Position numbers and translations under genes: made by a program. The notes beneath the pieces were generated by a model. That model searched no databases. It was not told where the DNA came from and was given only the letters and a program-made list of their open reading frames with translations. 64,000 bases of DNA from Phascolarctobacterium sp. (GTDB taxonomy: Bacteria > Bacillota > Negativicutes > Acidaminococcales > Acidaminococcaceae): assembly GCA_003150755.1 (NCBI GenBank), contig QAMT01000023.1:85474-149473 (forward strand), written 5' to 3'. How positions within the stretch are numbered: position 1 is the stretch's first letter; the number at the start of each line of letters is the position of its first letter. Positions 15,852-26,278 of this stretch are shown one piece after another.

Positions 15852-17759
15852 TCAGTCGATGATGTTGTGTTTGTATTCGTTGTATTGTGCTTTCAGCCTC
15901 TGCATCATGTCAGCCATTTCCAGCTGCAAATCGGAAGCAGCATCAAAATCATGCCTTGCAAATGCTTCGCGGGTCATGGTAAACAGGCTCGGCTGGTCGG
16001 TAATATCTTTCGCCATGGTGCTGCGCATAGCTGCGATTTTTTCCCACATTGCTGCATCATGCGTGGTATGGTTGTCGTCGTCATGCAGCTTTTTCATTTG
16101 GCAGATTTCTTTGTAATATTCCGGAATAATTCTGTTGAGCAGTTCGGTCTGCCAACGGATTAAAGCGCCTGCTGCAAAGGAATCGATAAATTCTTTTTTG
16201 AAAATACCGCCGCTGGTCAGCACGGCAATTTTTTCCGGGTATTTTTTGATAGCGCACATATTCTCCCAAACGGTTGCAGGCGGCTGGCCAAACAAATGCG
16301 CGCGTTCTTCTTCGTTGTAATCTTCAAATACGTCGTGTTCGCTGCGGTATTCCCTGTCAGTTTCCAGATAGAATCCTTCTTCGCCGGCTTTTTTGGAAAG
16401 CTCGTTTTCCAATTCTTTCAGGCTCTTGCCTGATTCTACGCAGGCCTTGATGCCGTCCAGCATAGCAATGTAGAAAGCAGCAATGGCAAGATAGGTATTG
16501 GTGTACGGATTCGGGGAACGCATTTCGATGCGGGTTGCCAGCGGATTGTCGATATCACGGATAAGTCCTGCCAGGATTGTACGGTTGCGGGACGGTACTT
16601 CCGGGCTGAGGCCGAGCGAAGTAACAATGCAGACCGGAGCTTCAAAGCCAGGTTTCAGGCGGTTCAGAGAATCAATGGTTGAAGAAATAATCGGGTTGAT
16701 TACTTCATAGTTTTTCAAAATGCCCATCATAGAGCCGTAACCAACGGCAGAAAGGAATTCTTTGTGCATATCTTTAGGCGCAAACAGGTTTACAATTTTG
16801 CCGTTTTTCAATTTTGCCGCCAGGCCGACATGGGTATGCTCGCCGCTGCCGGCAACACCCGGTACCGGTTTTGCCTGGAAGGAAACTTCAAGGCCGTTGA
16901 GGCGGAAAATTTCTTTTACGATAATGCGCGCCAGCAGTTCATTATCTGCGGTCTGCACGCCGTAACTGTATTTCCAGTCAACTTCAAGCTGTTCCATAAC
17001 GTGGGTCATGTGGCCGTTGTCGTCAATCTGGCCGCGGACACCGCCGCATTCCTTATGGCCCATTTCCGGCTCAAGGCCGTAAGCTTCAAACATTTCCACA
17101 GTCTGTTCCAATGCGGTGCGTACATTGCCGCGGCAGCGCTGCCAGTACTGTTCCTGCATCATCTGCGAGGAACTCAAAGCTTCAATCGGCGCATCTTCGC
17201 GCGGGGATTTAACCCAGAATTCCAGTTCGGTAGCGCAGGTAAAGATAATTTTTTCGATATCCTCACCGCTGATATGTTCAAGCCCTGCAATCTGCGGATG
17301 CTTTTTAAACAGTCCGGTCAGTTCTTGTTCTACATAATCAAGGGTATCATGCAGAATGGAACGGGAATCAACGCGGACATTATTATGTACAAGGAAGCAC
17401 GGAATACGCAGCGTGCCAATCATTTTGCCGGTAGCGGTATCAAAGTGCTCGTAATTATAATCAATATACCAGTTTACGCTGCGGTCGATTTTCATATCGA
17501 CGCGGGCGTTATTCAAAGTAGCAATGCCGGTCAGCACAACGGAGCTGCCGTCAGTCTGGGCAGCCATGCCTTCCATAATGCCGTCAATATCTTTCAAAAA
17601 CAGGCTGATAGGCACTTTTTCGTCAGTATCGTTGCCTGCAAAATCAACACCCATAAAAGATACGAATTTAATCTCGGGGTGTGCAGTTAAAATTTCAGTC
17701 AGTCTGGCTCTGTTCTGTTCTTCGGGTTTAATAACATACAGCATATCGGGATTCATCAT
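15852..17759 (-). CDS. Glutamine synthetase, large non-type-I form (type-III-like)
   Basis: 635 aa. GS beta-grasp-like N-terminus, catalytic-domain blocks (GSGEHTHVGL, FEAPVCIVTSLG, SRNRT, IEMRSPNP). SD AGGTGA lies 6 nt upstream of ATGATG. Confidence 0.8.
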   Translation of the reverse strand: MMNPDMLYVIKPEEQNRARLTEILTAHPEIKFVSFMGVDFAGNDTDEKVPISLFLKDIDGIMEGMAAQTDGSSVVLTGIATLNNARVDMKIDRSVNWYIDYNYEHFDTATGKMIGTLRIPCFLVHNNVRVDSRSILHDTLDYVEQELTGLFKKHPQIAGLEHISGEDIEKIIFTCATELEFWVKSPREDAPIEALSSSQMMQEQYWQRCRGNVRTALEQTVEMFEAYGLEPEMGHKECGGVRGQIDDNGHMTHVMEQLEVDWKYSYGVQTADNELLARIIVKEIFRLNGLEVSFQAKPVPGVAGSGEHTHVGLAAKLKNGKIVNLFAPKDMHKEFLSAVGYGSMMGILKNYEVINPIISSTIDSLNRLKPGFEAPVCIVTSLGLSPEVPSRNRTILAGLIRDIDNPLATRIEMRSPNPYTNTYLAIAAFYIAMLDGIKACVESGKSLKELENELSKKAGEEGFYLETDREYRSEHDVFEDYNEEERAHLFGQPPATVWENMCAIKKYPEKIAVLTSGGIFKKEFIDSFAAGALIRWQTELLNRIIPEYYKEICQMKKLHDDDNHTTHDAAMWEKIAAMRSTMAKDITDQPSLFTMTREAFARHDFDAASDLQLEMADMMQRLKAQYNEYKHNIID

Positions 17760-17807
17760 GTTCGTTCACCTGCGGCACAGGGCCGCGCTCCTTTCGTTTG
17801 TTTGATG

Positions 17808-17852
17808 AAAATACAAAAGACCCTTCTATTTGGGTATAGCAAATAGAAGGGG
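17808..17852 (-). terminator. Intrinsic-terminator-like hairpin inside the glutamine synthetase 5' leader (possible attenuator)
   Basis: On the minus strand, ccccttctattt-gctatacc-caaatagaaggg followed by TCTTTTGTATTTT. It lies between the predicted promoter and the GS start codon. Confidence 0.6.
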
Positions 17853-17871
17853 CTCCATTGACCACGGTTGT

Positions 17872-17900
17872 ATTATATCAAAAAAATTTCTTTCCGGCAA
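17872..17900 (-). promoter_or_regulatory. Putative promoter upstream of the glutamine synthetase leader
   Basis: Minus strand reads TTGCCG-17 nt-TATAAT, immediately after the holA stop. Confidence 0.6.
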
Positions 17901-17916
17901 GCGGATTTTTAAAATT

Positions 17917-18936
17917 TTACTTTTTGCCCAAAAAGCGGATGAGGATTTCCTCCAGCATTTCAAACTGGCGGCCGCCGTAACGGATTGCCGCGTTAAAATC
18001 TGCCAGCGCCAGCATAAACCCGGCCAGTTCCTTTGCTGTATAACTGCGGCACTGCTCCATCAGCTTTTTAACGGCATAAGGCGAAGTTTTCAGCGACGCT
18101 GCCACTGCCTGCTGGTTCATGCCTTTGGCTGCCAGTTCCTTTACCTGCGCCAAGCGCCGCACCTGAAAAGCTATCAGTCCGCTGACGGCAATAGCGCTGC
18201 CGCCGTGCTTTTTTTCGTTCTGCAAAAGTTCCAGCGCGTCCGGCAGGTTTTTAAGGGCAATGGCATTCAGCAAGGCAAAACGCGAAACCTCCGGCAGGGA
18301 TGAAAACACGGCTTCCACATCGTCCCTGGTCCAGATGCGCCGCTGCCCGGCATAAACGTACAGTTTTTCAATTTCCTGCTCCAGCAAAAGCAAAGGCGCA
18401 GTATCGGCAGCCGAAAGATATTCCATTACCGTCTGTTCGGCTTCGTATTCAAAACGGCAGCCGCGTTTGCGGGCTTCGGCATCAAGCCACGGCTTAAGCT
18501 GGTACGGTTTCAGCGGTTTGCACTCGGCGCACGCACCGTCTGCCAGCAGTTTTTTGTAAATTCGCCCGCGTTTATCCATTTTGGCGACACTGATAAATAC
18601 ATGGCAGAACTCCGGCACGTTCAGCAAAATTGCTTCCAGATTTTCTTTCTGTTTTTTATCGGCCGCAAAAATTTTTTCGTCACTGATTATTATCAGACTG
18701 CTGCCGCCGAAAAACGGATAAGTATTTACAGCGGCATTGAGCCGCTTTAAATCAGTATCGCGGTCAAACACGCTGATTTCCATATCCTCGGCAGGCACAT
18801 CGCCGAACACGTATTTTTTTATGCAGGCAGCCGCTTTGCTGCGGTAGTAATTTTCTTCGCCGTACATCAGAATTACATTAGGCAGCGCTTCGCCCTGCTC
18901 CAGCATTTCTATAAGTTTTTCAGGCGTCAGTTCCAT
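17917..18936 (-). CDS. holA: DNA polymerase III delta subunit
   Basis: 339 aa. HolA-like N-terminus (ILMYGEENYY) and conserved position after comEC. Confidence 0.85.
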   Translation of the reverse strand: MELTPEKLIEMLEQGEALPNVILMYGEENYYRSKAAACIKKYVFGDVPAEDMEISVFDRDTDLKRLNAAVNTYPFFGGSSLIIISDEKIFAADKKQKENLEAILLNVPEFCHVFISVAKMDKRGRIYKKLLADGACAECKPLKPYQLKPWLDAEARKRGCRFEYEAEQTVMEYLSAADTAPLLLLEQEIEKLYVYAGQRRIWTRDDVEAVFSSLPEVSRFALLNAIALKNLPDALELLQNEKKHGGSAIAVSGLIAFQVRRLAQVKELAAKGMNQQAVAASLKTSPYAVKKLMEQCRSYTAKELAGFMLALADFNAAIRYGGRQFEMLEEILIRFLGKK

Positions 18937-18945
18937 AAAATCACC

Positions 18946-21246
18946 TTAAAAAAATTCTTTGTCATATCTATAACTATACCATTGCAGCCGCCCGCCGTCA
19001 AAGCATACTTTTACCGCGCCCAGCTTATCCGTGCGCAATACTTTGGCACCGGCGGCGTTAAGGCGCTGCAAGGCTTCACTGCCCGGATGCCCGTAACTAT
19101 TGCCCGCACCGGCAGAAATCACTGCCAGTTTTGGGCGCGCCTGTTTTAAAAACATATCGGTCGATGAATAATTACTGCCGTGATGCGCCACTTTTAAAAC
19201 ATCGGCAGGTTTTATTTTATCCACTGCCGCCAGCTCGATACTTTCGTCAGCGTCGCCGGTAAATAAAATGCTGCCGTCTTTTTCCGCCACGCGCATAATA
19301 ACGCTGCTTTCGTTACCGCCGCCCTCGCCGCGTCCGGAAGCCAGCACCTCAATCCGGCATGGGCCGAGTGTATAAACGCTGCCAGCCCGAGCCGTGATAA
19401 TATCCTGCGGTCTGATATAACGCAGAAGCCGCTGCACATCTTCCGAAGGTTTTTCCTGCGGCAAAAGCAGTTTGTCTATCTTTACCAGCCGTGCCAGCCC
19501 GGCAGCGCCGCCAGCGTGGTCGTGATGGCCGTGGCTCAGCGCCAGCAAATCAAGCTTATCAATGCCAAGGTAACGCAGATACGGTACAAGTATGCGGCTG
19601 CCGGTATCAAAATCACCCTGTAAACCGCCGCAATCTACAATAATGTTCTGCCCGGCGCTGGTCTGCACCAAGGCTGCGTCACCCTGCCCTACATCAATAA
19701 AATGCACTGTAAAAGGCATAGGCGCAAGGCTTTTAGCCGCCAGCAAAACCGTTATACCCAGGCTGCAAAACAGCAGCGTCATACGCCGTTCCGCCGCAGT
19801 AAACCAATCCTGCTTAAAGCAGGCTAACAACGCCAGGTAATACAAAACGCAGCACGCCAGCGGCAAATGCGGCAGGTTTACCACCGCCGCAGGCACACCA
19901 GCCAGAAAGTGTACCGCGTTTAACAGCGGCTGCATGGCAACCCCGGCTGCGTAAATGATAAACGTACCGGCAAAAGGCAGGCACAACCCGGCAAGTGCAG
20001 CAATAACCAAAAACTCCATGGCTGGTACCAGCAAAATATTGGCGGCAAAGGTAACAAACGAAAGCTGGTTAAAATACCATACCAATAGCGGCAGCGTGGC
20101 CAGCTGTGCCGCCAAGGTAATGGCAAGGCCCTCGCGCACAAGGCTCCATTTAATAAACGCCAGCCGCTCCTTTAACTGCGGGTAAATAAAAATCAGACCG
20201 CCTGTTGCCGCAAACGAAAGCTGAAAGCCAACGTCAAGCAGCCATAAAGGATTGTATAAAAGCAGCAGCACCGCCGCCGCGCAAAAAATGTTGCCGCTTT
20301 GCGCTTTTTTGTAGCTGCCGCTGCCTGCCAATGCAATCGCACTCATCAAAAAAGAACGCCACACCGGCGCCGAACCGCCGCACAAAAGCGCGTACAAAAA
20401 TAACAGTGCCAGCACAATGCCAATTTGCAATTTGCCGCGCCTGCCGATAATTAAAATTAAAAAGCCTGCCACCAACGCCATATGCGTGCCGGAAACCGAT
20501 AAAATATGCGCCAGCCCTGTTGCCGAAAAAGCCTCGCGCGTCGCTTCGATAAGCCCGTCATAGCCGCCAAGCGCCATGCCGCACAGCACTGAGCCTGCTT
20601 CACCGGGAACAGTGCTGCGTATTTTTTCGCGCAAGCTATATGCAAAAAGAAAAAATTTATCGCTGATGCTTGGTTCTTTAGCAATATGCAGCGCAGATTT
20701 TTTTGCACTAATGCGCCCTTTAAGCCCCTGCTGTAAATTCCAGTTTTCGGTATCAAAACTGCCGGGATTGGCAAAACCATGCAGGACTTTCAGCGTACCG
20801 CTGACTGTAATATTGCCCGACACAAAATCCGAAACATCTGCCCCGGCTGCAAACACGCGCACCCTACCGCTGGCATTTTGCACTGTGCCGTTTTCCTGCT
20901 GCACTGCGCGGCAATCCATAATAAAACTTACACCGTCGCCGCGCTGCTTAAGGCTGAGCAAATCGGCACTGCCATATACTGTTACCATGCGCCCGGCGTA
21001 GTTATCTATTGCCGCTGCATCCGGCTGCATAGCCCTGCTGCCAACTGCCAGCCCAAAGGCGCAGAATAACGCCGCACCGCAAACAGCTATATAACACCCC
21101 TGCGGCTTAAACTTTGCCAGCACTGCCAGCAAAACGGCAAGCACCAGTGCAGCCAGGCAGTAAAAATATAAATACTGCGGCGCTAAAATGCCAAAATAAT
21201 CACCGGCAGCAAATAATCCTGCAGCAAGCAGAAACCAAATCTTCAT
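18946..21246 (-). CDS. comEC: DNA internalisation competence protein ComEC/Rec2
   Basis: 766 aa. Polytopic competence domain plus a C-terminal metallo-beta-lactamase domain (LALSHGHHDHAGG, KVAHHGS). Confidence 0.9.
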   Translation of the reverse strand: MKIWFLLAAGLFAAGDYFGILAPQYLYFYCLAALVLAVLLAVLAKFKPQGCYIAVCGAALFCAFGLAVGSRAMQPDAAAIDNYAGRMVTVYGSADLLSLKQRGDGVSFIMDCRAVQQENGTVQNASGRVRVFAAGADVSDFVSGNITVSGTLKVLHGFANPGSFDTENWNLQQGLKGRISAKKSALHIAKEPSISDKFFLFAYSLREKIRSTVPGEAGSVLCGMALGGYDGLIEATREAFSATGLAHILSVSGTHMALVAGFLILIIGRRGKLQIGIVLALLFLYALLCGGSAPVWRSFLMSAIALAGSGSYKKAQSGNIFCAAAVLLLLYNPLWLLDVGFQLSFAATGGLIFIYPQLKERLAFIKWSLVREGLAITLAAQLATLPLLVWYFNQLSFVTFAANILLVPAMEFLVIAALAGLCLPFAGTFIIYAAGVAMQPLLNAVHFLAGVPAAVVNLPHLPLACCVLYYLALLACFKQDWFTAAERRMTLLFCSLGITVLLAAKSLAPMPFTVHFIDVGQGDAALVQTSAGQNIIVDCGGLQGDFDTGSRILVPYLRYLGIDKLDLLALSHGHHDHAGGAAGLARLVKIDKLLLPQEKPSEDVQRLLRYIRPQDIITARAGSVYTLGPCRIEVLASGRGEGGGNESSVIMRVAEKDGSILFTGDADESIELAAVDKIKPADVLKVAHHGSNYSSTDMFLKQARPKLAVISAGAGNSYGHPGSEALQRLNAAGAKVLRTDKLGAVKVCFDGGRLQWYSYRYDKEFF

Positions 21247-21881
21247 AAATCAAGGTATGGGCGCATTTTATTAAACTTAGCCTGCCCAATGCCTTTCACA
21301 TTCATAATATCTTCAATTTTGGCAAAGCCGTGCTGGCTGCGGTATTCTACAATGCGCTGGGCCGTTACCGCACCGACGCCCGGAAGCTGTTCCAGTTCTT
21401 CTGCCGCAGCGCTGTTCAGCCGTATTTTGCCGCCGTCAGCAACAGCCGGTGCAGCAGCTTCAACAGGCAATGCCGCACTGCCTGCCGCTGCATTAACAGT
21501 TGTGCCATAAGCAGCACTATTTTGCGCCTGTTGCAGCTTGCGCAGCTCCTTAGCGCTTAAACGAGGCACGTTTATCTGCATGCCGTCTTTACAGATTTTA
21601 GCAAGGTTCACCTTGTCGAGGTTAGCTTCCTCCGTCATGCCTCCGGCTGCTTCTATCGCTTCAACAGCCCGGCTGCCCGGTGCAATTTCGTGCAGGCCTG
21701 GTTTAGCTACTGCACCGCTTACATATACCGTTATTTTTGCATCTGTCGTTTCTTCTACCTGTGCTGCTGCCTGCTGCACCTCCAATACAGTTTCTTCACG
21801 CTGCTGCGGCCCAAAGCTGGCCAGCACGCAAAACAGCACCGCCACAGCAACGGCGATAATCTTTTTATTAAGCTGCGCCAT
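21243..21881 (-). CDS. comEA: Competence DNA receptor ComEA (SLBB + helix-hairpin-helix)
   Basis: 212 aa. N-terminal TM, SLBB block VYVSGAVAKPG, C-terminal HhH (LEQLPGVGAVTAQRIVEYR..GIGQAKF). 4-nt overlap with comEC. Confidence 0.85.
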   Translation of the reverse strand: MAQLNKKIIAVAVAVLFCVLASFGPQQREETVLEVQQAAAQVEETTDAKITVYVSGAVAKPGLHEIAPGSRAVEAIEAAGGMTEEANLDKVNLAKICKDGMQINVPRLSAKELRKLQQAQNSAAYGTTVNAAAGSAALPVEAAAPAVADGGKIRLNSAAAEELEQLPGVGAVTAQRIVEYRSQHGFAKIEDIMNVKGIGQAKFNKMRPYLDL

Positions 21882-21894
21882 CAGTTCAACTCCT

Positions 21895-21937
21895 TATAAA
21901 AAAATAAAAACTCCCCGGATTTCTCCAAGGAGTTTTT
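21895..21937 (-). terminator. Terminator after leuS
   Basis: aaaaactcc-N14-ggagttttt hairpin followed on the minus strand by ATTTTTTTAT. Confidence 0.65.
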
Positions 21938-21951
21938 GTTAAATAAACCAA

Positions 21952-24459
21952 TTACGGTTTTACAACGATATTGACCAGACGGCCCGGCACGCAAATAACC
22001 TTCACAATTTTTGCGGTATCAACGGTTTCTGCAATATGCGGTTCGGCAAGCGCCAGTTTTTCCAGTTCAGCCTTACCCGCATCGGCAGGCACAACCAGGC
22101 GGCCTCTTAATTTGCCGTTAACCTGCAAAGCAATTTCCACGCTGTCCACTTTCATGGCTTCATTATCATATTTCGGCCATTTTTCGTTGTGGATGCTGCC
22201 TTCTTCAGAAATTACACCGTGCCACAGTTCTTCCGTGATATGCGGAACAAACGGCGAAAGCAGTTTCAGCAGGTTGGAAATAACTTCAAAAATCAAGCCT
22301 GCATGCGGTGTTTTTTCAGCTTCTTTGTAAGCATACAAAGCGTTAACCAGTTCCATCATCGAGCTGATAGCAGTATTAAAGTTGAAGCGCTGTTCAATGT
22401 CGTCCGTTACCTTTTTAATGCTGGTATGCAGCACACGGCGCAGGTTTTTACCCGCTTCGTTCAGTTCAGCCGGGTCATACTGCGTAACCTTCTGCGCCAG
22501 CACATCCTGATAATGGTAAACAATACGCCATACCCTGCCGAGGAAACGGAACGAGCCTTCAACGCCCTGGTCGCTCCATTCCAGTTCTCTTTCAGGCGGT
22601 GCGGCAAACATAATAAACAATCTTGCCGTATCAGCGCCGTATTTGCCGATGATTTCTTCCGGCGATACAACATTGCCAAGGGATTTACTCATCTTAGCGC
22701 CATCTTTAATAACCATGCCCTGAGTCAGCAGGTTGGTGAACGGTTCTTTATAATCTACAAGGCCCGCGTCATGCAGCACCTTCATAAAGAAGCGGGAATA
22801 CAAAAGATGCAGGATTGCGTGTTCAATGCCGCCAATGTACTGGTCAACCGGGGACCAGTAATTTACTTTGGCTTTGCTGAACGGCGCGTCAGCATTTTTC
22901 GGGTCGGTATAACGCAGATAGTACCAGGAAGAACACAGGAAGGTGTCCATGGTATCGGTCTCGCGTTTTGCAGGCTTGCCGCATTTCGGGCAGGTGCAAT
23001 TTACAAAGCTTTCAGAGGTTGCCAGCGGCGATACGGCACCGGCATCGAATTTAACGTCTTCCGGCAGCATTACCGGCAGCTGGTCTTCCGGCACAAGCAC
23101 TTCGCCACAGTCCGGGCAGTAAATAACCGGAATCGGCGCGCCCCAATAGCGCTGGCGGCTGATAAGCCAGTCGCGCAGGCGGTAATTAACGCGGCGGTGG
23201 CCGATGCCCATTGCTTCGATTTTGTCCTTGATTGCTTCCATGCCTTCATGCAGCTCCATGCCGCTGAATTCACCGGAATTTACAAGCACGCCTTCTTTTT
23301 CCTCATAGGCGTCGGTCATATCTTCTAATTTAAGCTCTTTATCCTTGGGGTTAATTACAACAATTTTATCAATACCGTATTTACCGGCAAACATCCAGTC
23401 GCGGGAATCATGGGTAGGTACGCCCATAACAGCGCCCGTGCCATAATCGTAAAGTACATAGTTTGTAATCCAGATCTGCACTTTGCGTCCGGTCAGCGGA
23501 TGGATGCAGTAGCAGCCTGTAAACAGGCCTTCTTTTTCAGATTCGCTGGAAGTACGTTCAATATCGGACTGATTTCTTACGCGCTCGCAGAAAGCTTTGA
23601 TTTCTTCGGCTTTCGGGTTGTTTTCGCACAGTTTTTCAACCAGCGGATGCTCTGCGGCAAGTACCACAAAGGTAACGCCGTAAATCGTATCCGGGCGGGT
23701 AGTGTAAACAGGCACGCGCTCGCCAAGTTCCGGAATTTCAAAGCTGAATTCCAAACCTTCGCTGCGGCCAATCCAGTTGCGCTGCATAGTTTTAACGCGC
23801 TCAGGCCAGCCTTCCAGAAGGTCAAGGTCTTTCAGCAGGTCTTCGGCATAATCAGTAATTTTAAAGAACCACTGTTCCAGGTCTTTTTTTACAACTTCGT
23901 TATCGCAGCGCCAGCATTTGCCGTCGATAACCTGTTCGTTGGCAAGTACCGTGTTGCAGGTATTGCACCAGTTAACGGCAGATTTCTTTTTAACTGCCAG
24001 GCCGCGTTTATAAAACAGTTCAAAAAACCATTGCGTCCATTTATAATAATCGGGCTTGCAGGTAGTTACCTCGCGGTCCCAGTCATAGGAAAGGCCGAGT
24101 CGTTTCTGCTGGCGCGTCATGTTGGCAATGTTTTCCATCGTCCATTTTTTCGGCGGAATGCCGTGTTTGATAGCAGCATTTTCAGCAGGCATGCCGAAAG
24201 AGTCCCAGCCCATCGGATGCAGCACATTATAACCGTTCATCGTGCGGAAGCGCGCAACAACGTCGCCGATGGAATAGTTGCGCACATGGCCCATGTGCAG
24301 GTTGCCGGAAGGATACGGGAACATTTCCAGCACATAGGATTTCGGACGGCTGCTGTCCATTTCTGTTTTAAAGGTTTTGTTGTCTTCCCAGTATTTCTGC
24401 CATTTGGCTTCAATCTCATGGGGATTATACTTTTCTTGAATCATATTTTTCAACCTCAC
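21952..24459 (-). CDS. leuS: Leucyl-tRNA synthetase
   Basis: 835 aa. HIGH-type motif ([11 protein letters not shown]), KMSKS motif, CP1 editing domain length. Confidence 0.97.
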   Translation of the reverse strand: MRLKNMIQEKYNPHEIEAKWQKYWEDNKTFKTEMDSSRPKSYVLEMFPYPSGNLHMGHVRNYSIGDVVARFRTMNGYNVLHPMGWDSFGMPAENAAIKHGIPPKKWTMENIANMTRQQKRLGLSYDWDREVTTCKPDYYKWTQWFFELFYKRGLAVKKKSAVNWCNTCNTVLANEQVIDGKCWRCDNEVVKKDLEQWFFKITDYAEDLLKDLDLLEGWPERVKTMQRNWIGRSEGLEFSFEIPELGERVPVYTTRPDTIYGVTFVVLAAEHPLVEKLCENNPKAEEIKAFCERVRNQSDIERTSSESEKEGLFTGCYCIHPLTGRKVQIWITNYVLYDYGTGAVMGVPTHDSRDWMFAGKYGIDKIVVINPKDKELKLEDMTDAYEEKEGVLVNSGEFSGMELHEGMEAIKDKIEAMGIGHRRVNYRLRDWLISRQRYWGAPIPVIYCPDCGEVLVPEDQLPVMLPEDVKFDAGAVSPLATSESFVNCTCPKCGKPAKRETDTMDTFLCSSWYYLRYTDPKNADAPFSKAKVNYWSPVDQYIGGIEHAILHLLYSRFFMKVLHDAGLVDYKEPFTNLLTQGMVIKDGAKMSKSLGNVVSPEEIIGKYGADTARLFIMFAAPPERELEWSDQGVEGSFRFLGRVWRIVYHYQDVLAQKVTQYDPAELNEAGKNLRRVLHTSIKKVTDDIEQRFNFNTAISSMMELVNALYAYKEAEKTPHAGLIFEVISNLLKLLSPFVPHITEELWHGVISEEGSIHNEKWPKYDNEAMKVDSVEIALQVNGKLRGRLVVPADAGKAELEKLALAEPHIAETVDTAKIVKVICVPGRLVNIVVKP

Positions 24460-24615
24460 ACAATAAAGATAAAGCTATTTTAAGAATAATACCCTTAAAA
24501 TTATATAGCTTACAGGATTTAAAGTCAATTATAAAAGCCTGCTGCCGTGTACAAATATCGCCAAAGTGTAAAAAATATGATACAATCAAAGTAAATTTTA
24601 CATAAAGGAGACACT

Positions 24616-25311
24616 ATGAGCCTTTTTGCCATTGGCGACTTCCATTTATCCGGCGAGCCGCCAGCCAAACCCATGGAGGTTTTTAATCCTGCCTGGGCAG
24701 GACATTTTGAAAAAATACGCCGTAACTGGCTGAATATTATTGCACCGGAGGACACCGTCATTATCTGCGGCGATACCTCGTGGGCAATGTCGCTTGAAAC
24801 TGCTATGCAGGATTTAAACCGCATTGCCGCCTTGCCGGGACACAAAATAATTTTGCGCGGCAATCACGATTACTGGTGGACCAGCCTGAAAAAAATGCAG
24901 CAGGCGACAGAAAACAAATTTATGTTTTTGCAGAACAATTTTTTTGCCTGCGGCGATGCAGCTATTTGCGGTTCGCGCGGATGGCTGCTGCCTTCATCCG
25001 ATAATTTTACGGACGATGACAAGCATATTTATGAACGCGAAGGAACAAGGCTGGAACTTTCGTTAAGCGCCGCCAAAAACGCCGGCTTCAGCAAAATTGT
25101 TGCCGCCATGCACTACCCGCCTCTATACAAGGCAGACGAAGTTACCATTTTTACGGAACTTTTTGCCAGATACGGCGTGACGCACTGCGTATTCGGGCAC
25201 ATCCACGGGCAGGACGCCGCCAATGTTTTTGAAGGCGAAACGCGCGGCGTAACCTACAAACTGACAAGCTGCGATACGCAGAACTTTGTGCCGCAGCTTG
25301 TGCTGCCTTAA
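24616..25311 (+). CDS. Metallophosphoesterase family protein
   Basis: 231 aa. Motifs GDFH, GDTSW, GNHDYWW, GHIHG. Confidence 0.75.
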   Translation: MSLFAIGDFHLSGEPPAKPMEVFNPAWAGHFEKIRRNWLNIIAPEDTVIICGDTSWAMSLETAMQDLNRIAALPGHKIILRGNHDYWWTSLKKMQQATENKFMFLQNNFFACGDAAICGSRGWLLPSSDNFTDDDKHIYEREGTRLELSLSAAKNAGFSKIVAAMHYPPLYKADEVTIFTELFARYGVTHCVFGHIHGQDAANVFEGETRGVTYKLTSCDTQNFVPQLVLP

Positions 25312-25325
25312 AACAAAATATTTGC

Positions 25326-25358
25326 AATCCGCATGGTTATTCTGTGCGGATTTTTTAT
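25326..25358. terminator. Bidirectional terminator
   Basis: aatccgca-N11-tgcggatt followed by TTTTTAT. Confidence 0.7.
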
Positions 25359-26278
25359 TGCTGTTTTAAACGCAGCGCCGTTATAAACGGCTGCAAAACC
25401 GTTTCATCACGCGTAAAGTTTGCGCCGCTCTCTATGGTTAAATTACCGTCGCACAATGCAATGCCGCTGACGGAAGCGCCGCTTTTTATTGTAATATCAT
25501 ACTTGGAAATAAGTAAAACTTTACCCAGCACGGCATTTTTGCCGATTTCAATCTGCCCGTCGCTGATGATGACGCAAAAATCAGGTATCTTCGTTCCATC
25601 CGCCACAAAAATGCTCATCATAGCAACAAGGCAGCCCTGCCCTTTGATATTTTTAGACGCTGCGGCAATGCTTTTGCTGTAATGCCCATCGTCATAATAT
25701 AACGCGCCGGAAAGTCCGTATTCTTCAAATTCCGTTTTGGTTGGAAAAGCCATTTCCTTAAAATTAGCATAGTTTTTAATATCAAGGCTGTCCAAAATGC
25801 CGCCCAGGTTATCAGCATACGCCGTGCCTTCCGGCAGATTTTCCGCACCGGTAAGTTTTTTGCCTGCCGCCAGTGTATAACGCCTGCCAAGCTCAGCAAT
25901 GTCCTGCGGCAAATTTAGTTTAAGCTGCTGTAAGGCAAGGCTTTGCCCGCCCGCATCGGCGCTTATGATATAGCGTGCCAGGCCGTTCTGTTCTTCCGCA
26001 TCAATGCCTGCACGCAAAATATAGCCGCCGGGATACAGCTTCTGCGGCGGTAATTCAATACTATTCTGCAACGTGCTGTCCATAAAATCAGACTTAGCCA
26101 AAGCCTGCACAGCCAATTGCAGCTGACGGCGCACAAGTCGCTGCTGTGTTTCTTCAGCCTCCTGCCGCAGCCAGTACGCCGCTGCATGCAGGAAGGCCGC
26201 AACGGCAAGCACGCCCGCCAATACAGCAACGCCTATGCCGCCGCGCCTGTCGCTTAAAATTTTGTTAAAAACTGCCAT
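25355..26278 (-). CDS. Membrane-anchored protein in the ComGG position of the pseudopilus operon, with a C-terminal beta-helix-like repeat region
   Basis: 307 aa. Single N-terminal TM (GIGVAVLAGVLAVAAFL). C-terminal segment with a short-repeat pattern (IISDGQIEIGKNAVLGKVLLIS..ITIKSGASVSGIALCDGNLTIESGANF). Confidence 0.4.
   Translation of the reverse strand: MAVFNKILSDRRGGIGVAVLAGVLAVAAFLHAAAYWLRQEAEETQQRLVRRQLQLAVQALAKSDFMDSTLQNSIELPPQKLYPGGYILRAGIDAEEQNGLARYIISADAGGQSLALQQLKLNLPQDIAELGRRYTLAAGKKLTGAENLPEGTAYADNLGGILDSLDIKNYANFKEMAFPTKTEFEEYGLSGALYYDDGHYSKSIAAASKNIKGQGCLVAMMSIFVADGTKIPDFCVIISDGQIEIGKNAVLGKVLLISKYDITIKSGASVSGIALCDGNLTIESGANFTRDETVLQPFITALRLKQQ

Noticed and set aside
22189-24483. 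Long plus-strand ORFs (379 aa and 357 aa) antisense to leuS. Similar long antisense ORFs occur at 3457-4263, 16764-17690, 27608-28456, 43272-44276, 44358-45665, 53819-54661 and 60243-61214.
   Set aside because: Each lies entirely inside a confidently recognised gene on the other strand. They have no SD or sensible start context, and they translate to low-complexity, motif-free sequence rich in Phe, Arg and Ala. This is typical shadow-ORF behaviour.
24460-24615. Expected a T-box leader upstream of leuS, as in many Firmicutes.
   Set aside because: Only about 155 nt separate leuS from the divergent gene. No GGGTGGTACCGCG-like T-box sequence or terminator/antiterminator pair is present on the minus strand.
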